A stretch of 64,000 nucleotides of DNA, taken from positions 3,907 to 67,906 of the forward strand of contig JAJZKA010000002.1 of NCBI GenBank assembly GCA_021809805.1, read 5' to 3'. The notes beneath the pieces are model-generated. The model was not told the DNA's origin. It saw only the letters and a list, made by a program, of their open reading frames with translations, and made no database searches. Origin of the DNA: Actinomycetes bacterium. GTDB taxonomy: Bacteria > Actinomycetota > Acidimicrobiia > Acidimicrobiales > Bog-793. Shown here one piece after another: positions 49,290 to 58,227 of the stretch; the first letter of the stretch is position 1, and each line of letters begins with the position of its first letter. The translations under genes and the position numbers were made by a program.

Positions 49290-50213
49290 GTGGACGAGCC
49301 TGAAGGTCACCTTGAAGAGCTGCTCGCCCGCGTCGTGCCGGGCTCGCCGCTGCGCGAGGGCCTCGAGCGCATCCTGCGAGCGCACCTCGGTGCGCTCGTC
49401 GTGCTCGGGGACGGCCCTGAGGTGCTGCGGATCTGTTCGGGGGGCTTCCACATCGACGCCGAGATGAGCCCGCAGCGACTGTCCGAGCTTGCGAAGATGG
49501 ATGGCGCCATCGTCCTTGACCAGGAGGCTCGCCGCATCGCCTGGGCGAACGTGCACCTCATCCCGGACCCTTCCGCCCCGACGACCGAGACCGGCACGCG
49601 GCACCGCACGGCCGAGCGGGTGGCGCGCAGCATCGGTGTGCCCGTCGTTGCCGTCTCGGAGGAGACCGGGGCGATCACGCTGTATGAGTGCGACCTGCGT
49701 CGGCAGCTGCAGGACACCGACTCGCTGATTGGTCGGGCGAACCACCTGCTCCAGACGCTCGAGCGCTTCAAGTCGCGCCTCGACGAGGTACTCGAGCGCC
49801 TCGACCAGCAAGAGCTCGCCCAGGCCGTGTCGCTCTACCAGGTGGCGGTCGTCCTCCAGCGCATGGAGATGGCGCTGCGCGTGGCGCGCTCGGTGCGCGA
49901 GCTGATCACCGAACTCGGCGCGCAGGGTCGCCTCCTCCGGCTCCAGCTCGAAGAGCTGATCGCCGGCATCGACGAGGAGCGCCGACTGGTCATCGCCGAC
50001 TACGTGCGCGGCCGGCCCGGCGACGAAAACCTCGAGCCCGTGGTCGACGAGGCGCTGGCGCGGCTGGCCAAGCTGCCGACCGACTCCCTGCTCGCTACCC
50101 AGCAGGTCGCCGCCGTGCTCAATCTCTCCTACGGTGAGGACAGCGCCGGTGAACTGTCGGAGGCGATCGTGCCGCGCGGCCGGCGACTTGTGGGGCGGAC
50201 CCACCAGCACTGA
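49290..50213 (+). CDS. disA: Diadenylate cyclase DisA, short form (DAC and helical linker domains present; C-terminal HhH domain absent)
   Basis: DAC domain (GALVVLGDG ... DGAIVLDQEARRIAWANVHLIPDPSAPTTETGTRHRTAERVA). The ORF stops at ...VPRGRRLVGRTHQH, and only 146 nt remain before carD. Confidence 0.85.
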   Translation: MDEPEGHLEELLARVVPGSPLREGLERILRAHLGALVVLGDGPEVLRICSGGFHIDAEMSPQRLSELAKMDGAIVLDQEARRIAWANVHLIPDPSAPTTETGTRHRTAERVARSIGVPVVAVSEETGAITLYECDLRRQLQDTDSLIGRANHLLQTLERFKSRLDEVLERLDQQELAQAVSLYQVAVVLQRMEMALRVARSVRELITELGAQGRLLRLQLEELIAGIDEERRLVIADYVRGRPGDENLEPVVDEALARLAKLPTDSLLATQQVAAVLNLSYGEDSAGELSEAIVPRGRRLVGRTHQH

Positions 50214-50359
50214 CGCCGCGTCCTGTTCAGATGGACGCGCCTGGAAAGGTAGAATGGCAACCGCGGCTGCCGTCGAGGCCCCGGCGCCGCCTGGTCGTTC
50301 TTTCCCCGCGCGCGAGCATCGGGATGTGACGCGCCGGTGGGCTTCAAGGAGGCGCTGCA

Positions 50360-50836
50360 GTGTTCGACGTCGGCGACAAGGTCGTCTATCCGCACCATGG
50401 CGCCGCCGTGGTCGAGCGCCGGGAGGTACGCGAGGCCTTCGGCGAGAAGCGCGAATACCTCGTCTTGCGCCTCGCCTACGGCGATCTGACCTTGATGGTC
50501 CCGGCCGATAACACCGACGAGGTGGGCCTGCGCGAGGTGATCAACGACGAGGAGGTCGAGGAGGTCTTCGCCGTCCTTCGAAAGAAGGAGGCGCGGATGC
50601 CGACCAACTGGTCGCGACGCTACAAGAACCACGTCGAGAAGCTGAAGTCCGGCGACATCTACCAGGTCGCTGAGGTGGTGCGAAACCTGTCCATCCGAGA
50701 CAAGGACAAGGGCCTGTCGGCCGGGGAGAAGCGGATGCTCAACCGCGCTCGCCAGATCCTCGTCTCCGAGCTGACCTTTGCCATCGGCGTGAGCGAGGCG
50801 GAGGCCGAAGAGCGGCTGAACGCCGAGCTGCCCTAG
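50360..50836 (+). CDS. carD: CarD-family RNA polymerase-binding transcription regulator
   Basis: MFDVGDKVVYPHHGAAVVERREVREAFGEKREYLVLRL, and the C-terminal leucine-zipper-like domain. Confidence 0.95.
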   Translation: MFDVGDKVVYPHHGAAVVERREVREAFGEKREYLVLRLAYGDLTLMVPADNTDEVGLREVINDEEVEEVFAVLRKKEARMPTNWSRRYKNHVEKLKSGDIYQVAEVVRNLSIRDKDKGLSAGEKRMLNRARQILVSELTFAIGVSEAEAEERLNAELP

Positions 50837-50838
50837 CG

Positions 50839-51540
50839 GTGCCAGCGTCGGGGGGCGCCGCCTGGGCGGTGGTGGTCGCCGGCGGGGAGGGACGCCGATT
50901 CGGGCGGGCCAAGCAGTTCGAGCCGCTCGGTGATCGCCTGGTCGTCGAGTGGTCGGTGCAGACCGCACGCCTCGTCGTCGACGACGTCGTGCTGGTCCTG
51001 CCCACTGAAGAGCTCGACGACGAGCGGCGACGCGCCGGATGTGTGCACGTCACCGAGGGTGGAACGACCCGAGCGGCTTCGGTGCGCGCTGGCCTTGCAC
51101 TCGTCCCCGGGTACGTCGACTACGTCCTTGTGCACGACGCCGCCCGCCCGCTGGCCTCGCCGGCCCTGTTTGCCGCCGTCCTTGATGCCGTGCGCGCGGG
51201 TGCGGATGGGGCGATCCCCGGTCTGGCGATGGCCGACACCGTGAAGCGGGTGCGCGACGGCCGCGTCACCGAGACGCTCGATCGCCGCGAGCTCGTCGCG
51301 GTTCAGACGCCACAGGCCTTCCGAGCAGGCGCGCTGCGCCGCGCGCACGCCGGCGCACCCGAGGCCACCGACGACGCCGGACTGCTCGAAGCGATCGGTG
51401 CCGAGGTGGTCGTCGTGCCCGGCGAGCCGCGCAACTTAAAGATCACCGAGCTCGACGACCTCGCTCGTCTCGCTCGCTGGGCAGCCGAGACCCACCACCT
51501 CGCCCCTGCGGCCGAGCAGGCGGTGTTCGGGAACCCGTGA
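50839..51540 (+). CDS. ispD: 2-C-methyl-D-erythritol 4-phosphate cytidylyltransferase
   Basis: AVVVAGGEGRRFG, VLVHDAARP, and VQTPQAF. Confidence 0.9.
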   Translation: MPASGGAAWAVVVAGGEGRRFGRAKQFEPLGDRLVVEWSVQTARLVVDDVVLVLPTEELDDERRRAGCVHVTEGGTTRAASVRAGLALVPGYVDYVLVHDAARPLASPALFAAVLDAVRAGADGAIPGLAMADTVKRVRDGRVTETLDRRELVAVQTPQAFRAGALRRAHAGAPEATDDAGLLEAIGAEVVVVPGEPRNLKITELDDLARLARWAAETHHLAPAAEQAVFGNP

Positions 51541-52028
51541 CCAGTCAGCGCGTCGGCCTTGGGGTCGACGTCCACCCCTTTGCGCTCGATCCGCCGCCCG
51601 GGCGCACGCTCTTGCTGGGGGGCGTGGCCTTCCCCGGCGAGTGCCCGCTCGAGGGGCACAGCGACGCCGACGTCATCGCCCACGCCGTCGCCGACGCCAT
51701 GCTCGGTGCCGCAGGGCTTGGGGACCTTGGCGCGCACTTCCCCGACACCGACCCGCGCTTTTCCGGCGCGGACAGCATCGAGCTGCTGCGCGGCGTGGCC
51801 GAGCTGCTCAAGGCCGCGGGCTGGTCGCTCACCAATGCGGATTGCACCCTCGTCGGCGAGCGACCGAAGGTCGCCGCGCATCGCGAGGAGATGGTGGTCC
51901 GCCTGAGCATGGCCGCTGGCGGTCCGGTCAGCGTCAAGGCCACCCGACCCGAACGTCTCGGCAGCCTGGGGCGCGTCGAGGGCCTGGCGTGCTTCGCCGT
52001 GGCACTCGTCACGAGTGTCGCTCCGTGA
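51537..52028 (+). CDS. ispF: 2-C-methyl-D-erythritol 2,4-cyclodiphosphate synthase
   Basis: GLGVDVHPF, GHSDADVIAHAVADAMLGAAGLGDLGAHFPDTDP. It overlaps ispD by 4 nt. Confidence 0.95.
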   Translation: MTSQRVGLGVDVHPFALDPPPGRTLLLGGVAFPGECPLEGHSDADVIAHAVADAMLGAAGLGDLGAHFPDTDPRFSGADSIELLRGVAELLKAAGWSLTNADCTLVGERPKVAAHREEMVVRLSMAAGGPVSVKATRPERLGSLGRVEGLACFAVALVTSVAP

Positions 52029-52771
52029 GCCGCGACATCGGCCTCGGCGGAGACCAGGTCGAGGGCCGCCATGCGGTCGCCGAGCTCCTCGCCCACGGCA
52101 AACGCCCGGTCAGTGAACTCTTGGCCGTGCCCGGGTCGAGCAGCGACGAGCTCGTCGCGCTGGCCCGCGACCGCGGGATTCGGGTTCGAAGCCTTGACGC
52201 CGCAAGCCTCGCCCGGCTGGCGCGCACCGAGGTGCCCCAGGGGGTGATCGCGAGGGCGGCGCCGGTCGCACCGACTCCCCTCGAGGAGCTCGTCCGCCCG
52301 GGTCCCGGCGGGGCCCCTCCTTTCTTGGTGGTGCTCGACCAGGTCACCGACCCACACAATCTCGGCGCGATCCTGCGAAGCGCGGTGGCTGCTGGAGCGA
52401 CCGGCATCGTGCTCGGGCGTCACCGGGCCGCCCACCTCAGCCCGGCGGCATGCAAGGCAGCGGCGGGCGCTGTGGAGCACGCGCGCTTCGCTCTCGTCGG
52501 CGGCATCCCCGCCGCGCTGCGCGAGCTCGCCCGGTCGAAGGTCTGGACCGTCGGTCTCGAGGCCGGCGCCGCGGTCGATCTCGAGGCCGTCACGGTCTTG
52601 GATGCGCCTGTGGCCCTGATCCTTGGGGCCGAGGGTGCCGGGCTTTCACCGCTCGTGCGCAGCCGCTGCGAGGTGCTGTGCAGGATCCCGCTCGTCGGGC
52701 CGCTCGAGTCGCTCAACGTCGCCGCCGCCGCGGCGATCGCCTGCTTCACCGTCGCCCGCAAGCGCTCCTGA
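52025..52771 (+). CDS. rlmB: 23S rRNA (guanosine-2'-O-)-methyltransferase RlmB (SpoU/TrmH family)
   Basis: SpoU motifs LVVLDQVTDPHNLGAILRSA, LILGAEGAGLS, and IPLVGPLESLNVAAAAAI. The GTG at 52025 overlaps the ispF stop (GTGA). Confidence 0.85.
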   Translation: MSRDIGLGGDQVEGRHAVAELLAHGKRPVSELLAVPGSSSDELVALARDRGIRVRSLDAASLARLARTEVPQGVIARAAPVAPTPLEELVRPGPGGAPPFLVVLDQVTDPHNLGAILRSAVAAGATGIVLGRHRAAHLSPAACKAAAGAVEHARFALVGGIPAALRELARSKVWTVGLEAGAAVDLEAVTVLDAPVALILGAEGAGLSPLVRSRCEVLCRIPLVGPLESLNVAAAAAIACFTVARKRS

Positions 52772-52792
52772 GCCGGCACGCGTCAACGGCCC

Positions 52793-52826
52793 GCCGGTCG
52801 GTGCCAGCGGGCCGTTGGAGAGCCCC
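52793..52826. terminator. GC-rich hairpin between convergent rlmB and gltA (11-bp perfect stem, 12-nt loop, no U tract)
   Basis: caacggcccgc ... gcgggccgttg are exact reverse complements. Confidence 0.4.
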
Positions 52827-52930
52827 CCTCATGAAACCGGTCCCCCTCCGGCCGGCCGCATCTGTTTATCGCATCGCGGCCATGCGCGCCAGAGATGGTC
52901 GGCGAGATTTTCGGACCGATCCCTCCCGGG

Positions 52931-54199
52931 CTAGCTGCGCCCGGAAAGGGGCACGAAGTCGCGCCGCGGGCTGCCCGTGTAGAGCTGGCGCGGTCGGGCG
53001 ATCTTGGTCTTGTGGTCGAGCATCTCGTTCCAGTGGGCGAGCCAGCCCGAGGTGCGGGGAATCGCAAACAGCACCGGGAACATCTCGACGGGAAAGCCGA
53101 GGGCCTGATAGATCAAGCCGGAGTAGAAGTCGACGTTGGGGTACAGCCGGCGCGAGATGAAGTAGTCGTCCGCGAGCGCCACTTCCTCGAGCTTCAGCGC
53201 GATGTCGAGCAAGGGATTCTTGCCCGTGACGTCGAAGACGTCATAGGCCGCCTTGCGGATGATCTTGGCCCGCGGGTCGTAGTTCTTATAGACGCGGTGC
53301 CCGAAGCCCTGGAGCCGGCCGTGGCCCTCCTTGACGGACTGCACGAAGGCAGGGACCTCATCGAGCGTGCCGATCGAGGCCAGCATGCGCAGCACTGCCT
53401 CGTTCGCGCCGCCGTGGCGCGGGCCGTAGAGGGCGGCGCAGGCCGCGGCCACGCCAGAGTAGGGATCGGCGTGCGCCGAGCCGACAACCCGCATCGTGGT
53501 CGTCGAGCAGTTCTGCTCGTGGTCCGCATGCAGGATGAACAGCAGCTCGACGGCCCGCACGAGCGCCGGGTCCGCCTCAAAGGGCTGCCCCGAGGTCTTC
53601 CACATCATCGAGAGGAAGTTCTCGGCGAAGCTCAGCGACGCGTCGGGGTAGACGAAGGGCCGCCCCGAGCAAAAGCGATGGGTGGCGGCAGCCAGCGTCG
53701 GCATCTTGGCGATCAGGCGGACCGTGTGGTTCCAGCGGGTGGCGGGGTCCTCGATGTCCTTGGCGTCGGGGTAGAAGGTTGACAGCGCCCCGACCTCGGA
53801 GACGAGCATGCCCATCGGATGGGCGTCGTAGTGGAAGCCCTCGAGGAAGCGCTTGACGTTCTCATGGATGAAGGTGTGGCCCGTCACCTCGGCGACGAAC
53901 GCGTCGAGCTGGGCCGGTGTGGGCAGTTCGCCCTTCAACAGCAAGTAGGCGACCTCGAGATAGCTGGCCTGCTCGGCCAGCTGCTCGATCGGATACCCGC
54001 GGTACTCGAGCACGCCGGCCTCGCCGTCGATATAGGTGATGGCGCTCTCGCACTCGGCGGTCGCGGAAAAGCCCGGGTCGTAGAACCACAACCCGGGCAG
54101 CAGCTTGGACCACTCCGCTGCGTTCACGCCGCCCTCGACGATCGGGACCTCGATGGCCTGGCCGGTCCGATTGTCGGTAATCGTGATGCTCTCTGGCAC
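52931..54199 (-). CDS. gltA: Citrate synthase
   Basis: Type II citrate synthase sequence (GYPIEQLAE, ILHADHEQNCSTTT, GFGHRVYKNYDPRA). Confidence 0.95.
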   Translation of the reverse strand: MPESITITDNRTGQAIEVPIVEGGVNAAEWSKLLPGLWFYDPGFSATAECESAITYIDGEAGVLEYRGYPIEQLAEQASYLEVAYLLLKGELPTPAQLDAFVAEVTGHTFIHENVKRFLEGFHYDAHPMGMLVSEVGALSTFYPDAKDIEDPATRWNHTVRLIAKMPTLAAATHRFCSGRPFVYPDASLSFAENFLSMMWKTSGQPFEADPALVRAVELLFILHADHEQNCSTTTMRVVGSAHADPYSGVAAACAALYGPRHGGANEAVLRMLASIGTLDEVPAFVQSVKEGHGRLQGFGHRVYKNYDPRAKIIRKAAYDVFDVTGKNPLLDIALKLEEVALADDYFISRRLYPNVDFYSGLIYQALGFPVEMFPVLFAIPRTSGWLAHWNEMLDHKTKIARPRQLYTGSPRRDFVPLSGRS

Positions 54200-54340
54200 C
54201 TCGTTCCTCCTTTCCCCCGGCGCCTCGTGTCCCCCCGATGCCGGAAACGCTGGCGATCCTAAGCCCGCAGCGCGCTCTCACGACAGCCGGCGTCCCTTGT
54301 CGTACTGGCGCGTCCTGCAAAGATCGGGTCAACTGCACGG

Positions 54341-54964
54341 GTGCACGCCGGCGGACCGGAGCTCGTCGAGGAGCGGGTCACCACCCCTGAGGGTGAGCTC
54401 GTCCTGCTGCGTCCCCGCGACCCTGCCAGCTTGATCAGCGAAGAGTCCTTCGGCGAGGACGAATACCTGCCCTATTGGGCCGAGCGCTGGCCGGCAAGTG
54501 AATGGCTTTGTCGGGCGCTGCCCGAGGACCTCGGCGGCCTGAACGTGCTCGAGCTCGGCTGCGGTCTCGGGGTGCCGAGCCTCGTCTGCGCCCGCCGCGG
54601 CGCCACGGTGCTCGCCACGGACTGGTCCGGCGATGCGATCGAACTGCTCGTCGCCAACGCGAAGCGTAATGAGGCCGCGCTCGAGGCCCGGTGCGTCGAC
54701 TGGCGCAGTCCCGAGGAACTGCTCGCGAGGGCACCATTTGACCTCGTGATCGCCGCGGACGTCTGCTACGAGCGGCGCAATGTCGCGCCGCTCGCTGCGC
54801 TCGTGAGCGCACTCGCCTCCGTGGTGCTCCTCGCCGATCCCGGACGCGCGCCGGCCGAGGAGCTGATCGGCGAGCTTGCCGAGGACTTCGCGGTCGAGGA
54901 GGCGGGCCAATGCGTTCGCCGGCTCACCCCACGCTCGTGCGCGCACCGGGGTGCGCTGTGCTGA
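54341..54964 (+). CDS. Class I SAM-dependent methyltransferase (lysine-methyltransferase-like, Methyltransf_16-type)
   Basis: SAM-binding motif I VLELGCGLGVPSLVCARRGATVLATD. Confidence 0.7.
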   Translation: MHAGGPELVEERVTTPEGELVLLRPRDPASLISEESFGEDEYLPYWAERWPASEWLCRALPEDLGGLNVLELGCGLGVPSLVCARRGATVLATDWSGDAIELLVANAKRNEAALEARCVDWRSPEELLARAPFDLVIAADVCYERRNVAPLAALVSALASVVLLADPGRAPAEELIGELAEDFAVEEAGQCVRRLTPRSCAHRGALC

Positions 54965-55018
54965 ACGCCAGCAATCAGCGTCTGGGACCGACCCGGCGCG
55001 ATCAGAGAGAGGAGTGCA

Positions 55019-55795
55019 ATGACTAGCGACGAAGCTGGCCGCCTTCGCGGGCGGCGTGTGCTCGTGACGGGTGCGGCGCGGGGGATCGGCTACGCGATCG
55101 CCGAGGCGGCGCTCGAGGCGGGCGCTGCCGTAGCGATCTTGGACCGGGACGAGTCCGCCCTCGCCGAGGCGGCGGGCGCGCTCGGAGAAAAGGGCCACGG
55201 TGCGGTCGCCACCGCGGTCGCCGACGTCTCCTCATACGAGGCACTGGCGGCGGCAAAGGAGGAGCTCGAGGGCGGATTCGGCATCGTGGACACCCTCGTC
55301 AACAATGCCGGCATCGCCTACAACGCGCCGGGCGAGGAGATGAGCGTCGCCGAGTGGGACCGGATGATCCAGATCAACCTGTCCGGCGTCTTTTACTGCA
55401 CCCAGCTCTTCGCGGCGCCCATGCTGGCGGCCGGGCGGGGGGCCGTCGTGTCGATCGCGTCGATGTCGGGGCTGATCGTCAACCGACCCCAACCCCAGGC
55501 CGCCTACAACGTCGCCAAGGCCGGGGTCATCATGTTGACCAAGTCGCTGGCGGCCGAGTGGGCGCCGCGTGGCGTCCGCGTCAATGCCGTCGCGCCCGGC
55601 TACATCAACACCAGCCTCATCCAGCGCTTCGTCGGCAGCGACACGATGCGTGACTACTGGGTCGGCGGCACACCGCTCGGGCGGATCGGTGAGCCGGCAG
55701 AGGTGGCCGCGGCGGTGGTCTTCCTCGCCTCGGACGCCGCGAGCTTCGTCACCGGTGAGACCCTTGTCGCCGATGGCGGCTACAGCCTTTGGTAG
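55019..55795 (+). CDS. SDR-family oxidoreductase (FabG-like)
   Basis: TGAARGIGYAIA (TGxxxGxG), NNAGI, and the catalytic YNVAK (YxxxK). Confidence 0.9.
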   Translation: MTSDEAGRLRGRRVLVTGAARGIGYAIAEAALEAGAAVAILDRDESALAEAAGALGEKGHGAVATAVADVSSYEALAAAKEELEGGFGIVDTLVNNAGIAYNAPGEEMSVAEWDRMIQINLSGVFYCTQLFAAPMLAAGRGAVVSIASMSGLIVNRPQPQAAYNVAKAGVIMLTKSLAAEWAPRGVRVNAVAPGYINTSLIQRFVGSDTMRDYWVGGTPLGRIGEPAEVAAAVVFLASDAASFVTGETLVADGGYSLW

Positions 55796-55810
55796 ACGGG
55801 CCACATCCGG

Positions 55811-55838
55811 GCCGGCGGCGCGGGCTCGCGCCGCCGGC
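55811..55838 (+). terminator. Perfect 12-bp GC hairpin 16 nt after the SDR stop
   Basis: gccggcggcgcg-ggct-cgcgccgccggc. There is no following U tract. Confidence 0.45.
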
Positions 55839-56316
55839 TCGAGCAGCCGGGGCGCACGACACCACAGCGCCACGAGCGAGCACCCCCCCGAGAGACCCCC
55901 CGTCGTCTGTCCTGGGGTCGCTTAACGGGCACGCGGCACCCGCTGTGTCGTCGGAGAATGCAGAGATCCCCACCTCGGGGTCGGCGTCCAACCTGACATC
56001 AGAACACCGCGGCGTCCCCGATCATCTGCTGGGCGCTACCCAGCCAGCCCGGAGTCGCGCCCTCGCCCTTCGTTCAGCGTTGGCCGGCCACGCTCCGCCT
56101 TGTCCACGCGAAGAGCTGGCGGCGTCCCTCGTCGTCTGTGTCGCCCTTCCCGCGGCGCGGCCAAAGGCCGCGCGCGATGGTCCGGTGGGGTGCCGAGGCA
56201 CGACCCCCCGACCGCCCCGACTCGTCACGGCCTCGCCGACGCGCGCGGCGGGATGTCCAGGTATCTGGTCCCGTCGATGCGACGCGAAACAGTCGCGCCG
56301 AGGGGCCAAATAGCCG

Positions 56317-56760
56317 TCAGCTTCGCAACTCCCGTCGCCAGACATTGGTCTCGCGTCGCTCGAAGCCGCAGCGCGCATACAGGCGGTTTGCCGCCTCCCG
56401 ACTCGGGCGGGAGGTGAGGTCAAGCGTCTTTGCCCCAGCGGCCCGGGCGCCGGCAATCGCAGAATTGACGAGCGCGGCGCCAATGCCGCCCCGGCGGCGG
56501 TCGCCGTCGACGACCACGTCTTCGAGCAGCGCCCGCACCCCCGCGGTGGTCGGGAAGACCACGAGCAGGCAAGCGCCGACGATCTCGCCGTCGCTCCGCG
56601 CGATGAAGACGGTATTCGCGGCATGCCCGGCGACCTTGGCGAGGCCCGCAGCATCGAGCGGCGGCGCCGAGGAGGACAGCTGCGGCAGGAGCCGGGCGAG
56701 CGCGGCGGTCTCCTCCTCGCCCACCTGCTCGAGCACGTCGACCACCACGGTGTCGCTCAT
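56317..56760 (-). CDS. GNAT-family N-acetyltransferase
   Basis: The acetyl-CoA binding block VVVDGDRRRGGIGAALVNSAIAGARAAGAKTLDL...ANRLYARCGF. Start at the ATG at 56760. Confidence 0.85.
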   Translation of the reverse strand: MSDTVVVDVLEQVGEEETAALARLLPQLSSSAPPLDAAGLAKVAGHAANTVFIARSDGEIVGACLLVVFPTTAGVRALLEDVVVDGDRRRGGIGAALVNSAIAGARAAGAKTLDLTSRPSREAANRLYARCGFERRETNVWRRELRS

Positions 56761-56853
56761 TGGCCGACACTGTAGGCGGCGACGGCTGCTCGCCGTCGCG
56801 CTGCCGCCATGGCACGGGCACCGCCGGTAGGCTCGCCGGAGGAAGGAGGACCG

Positions 56854-57750
56854 ATGGCACGCGTGCGGTTCTGGCACCGGCAAAGCGGCGGTCTCTCGCG
56901 ATCGGCGGTGCGCTTCATGCGCCGGCCCCCGCTGCGCCGGCCGGTCCTGCTTGCCGCATTTGAGGGCTGGAACGATGCTGGCGACGCCGCCTCGACGGCG
57001 ACCTCGGCGCTTGCCGAGAGCTTCCGGTCTGTCCCTTTCGCGGAGGTCGACCCCGAGGAGTTCTTCGACTTCACCCAGGCGCGGCCGGAGGTGAGTCTCG
57101 GTGAGGGCGAGACGCGCCACATCGCCTGGCCGTCGACGACGTTATCGATCGCCACGGTGCGCGCCGAGGACGAGGACCTCATCGTGCTCCGTGGCCCCGA
57201 GCCGCACCTGCACTGGCAGACCTACTGCGACACGGTGGTCGAGCTCGCAAAGGGGCTCGGGGTGCGCCGTGCCGTGATGCTCGGTGCGTACCTTTCCGAG
57301 GTGACCCACAGCCGCCCGGTGCCCTTGAGCGGCAGCTCCACGCTCGACGGCCTCCTCCAGCGCTACGGCCTCGCCTCGACCCGCTACGAGGGGCCGACCG
57401 GGATCGTCGGCGTGCTGGGCGAGGCGCTCGGCCAAGCGGGTATCGAGACGACGTCGCTGTGGGCGAGCGTGCCCGCATACTCGCTCCCGGTGTCGGCCAA
57501 AGCGGCGCTCGCCCTGGCACGGGCGGCGGCACTCGTGCTCGATCGTCAGGTGGTATTGGACGACCTCGAGGAACAGGCGCGCGAGTACGAACGGCGGATG
57601 GACGAGCTCGTCGAGGAGGACGAGAACGTCGCTGCCTACGTCGCCCGGCTCGAGGAGATGGAGGATCCGGGTGCGGAGGGCGCCGTGTCCGATGGCACCT
57701 TCGAGGGCCTTGCCGAGGAGATCGAGCGCTACCTGCGCGGTAAGCGCTGA
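56854..57750 (+). CDS. PAC2-family (proteasome assembly chaperone-like) protein
   Basis: PVLLAAFEGWNDAGDAASTA, typical of actinobacterial PAC2 proteins. The ATG at 56854 is preceded by GGAAGGAGGA. Confidence 0.8.
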   Translation: MARVRFWHRQSGGLSRSAVRFMRRPPLRRPVLLAAFEGWNDAGDAASTATSALAESFRSVPFAEVDPEEFFDFTQARPEVSLGEGETRHIAWPSTTLSIATVRAEDEDLIVLRGPEPHLHWQTYCDTVVELAKGLGVRRAVMLGAYLSEVTHSRPVPLSGSSTLDGLLQRYGLASTRYEGPTGIVGVLGEALGQAGIETTSLWASVPAYSLPVSAKAALALARAAALVLDRQVVLDDLEEQAREYERRMDELVEEDENVAAYVARLEEMEDPGAEGAVSDGTFEGLAEEIERYLRGKR

Positions 57751-57772
57751 TCGACCTGCGCGAGCATGGTCC

Positions 57773-57958
57773 GTGCCCGCGCGCGAGGACTGCCGTCACT
57801 ACATCATGCAGAGCGTCCGCGGGGGTGAGCGTACCGAGCGCTGCCGGTTGGACGTCGCCGCCCTGCTCCCGTTCTCCTGCCCCGCCGACTGCCTGTTCTT
57901 CGAGCGGCGCTCCACTTCGAGCACCGGCTGGCACGTCGGGCGGCCGGAGGGAAGCTGA
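57773..57958 (+). CDS. Small (61 aa) four-Cys hypothetical protein
   Basis: VPAREDCRHYIMQSVRGGERTERCRLDVAALLPFSCPADCLFFERR... The in-frame GTG at 57773 lies just after the PAC2 stop. The track ORF from 57671 overlaps PAC2. Confidence 0.4.
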   Translation: MPAREDCRHYIMQSVRGGERTERCRLDVAALLPFSCPADCLFFERRSTSSTGWHVGRPEGS

Positions 57959-57971
57959 ACGCCGACGCCGA

Positions 57972-58208
57972 TCAGCTCTCGACGACGTCCCCGAGGAGCT
58001 CGACCTGTACGCCCTCGCTCTCCAGCCAGGAAATCGCCTCGTCGATGGCCGCCGCCTCACCCGAAAGCTCGCACACGATCCAACCCGAGTGCTCCTCGAC
58101 GCTGGCGCGCCGGATGTTGGGCTCAACCGGGAAGCGGCGCGCGAGGTGGGCGAGCACCGGCTCGCGCACGAGCGCGTCCGGGAAGACGAGGCGGACGCGA
58201 ACGCTCAT
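57972..58208 (-). CDS. Stand-alone NIL-domain protein (78 aa)
   Basis: MSVRVRLVFPDALVREPVLAHLARRFPVEPNIRRASVEEHSGWIVCELSGEAAAIDEAISWLESEGVQVELL matches the NIL (MetN C-terminal-like) beta-alpha-beta pattern. The gene starts 19 nt after the larE stop. Confidence 0.7.
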   Translation of the reverse strand: MSVRVRLVFPDALVREPVLAHLARRFPVEPNIRRASVEEHSGWIVCELSGEAAAIDEAISWLESEGVQVELLGDVVES

Positions 58209-58227
58209 TGGCGTCAGCCTAGGCGCG

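Noticed and set aside
50249-50254. TAGAAT upstream of carD and TAGACT (44797-44802) upstream of clpC, considered as -10 promoter hexamers.
   Set aside because: They fit the actinobacterial TANNNT -10 pattern and are sensibly placed. However, a lone hexamer is not adequate evidence without TSS data, so they are not listed as features.
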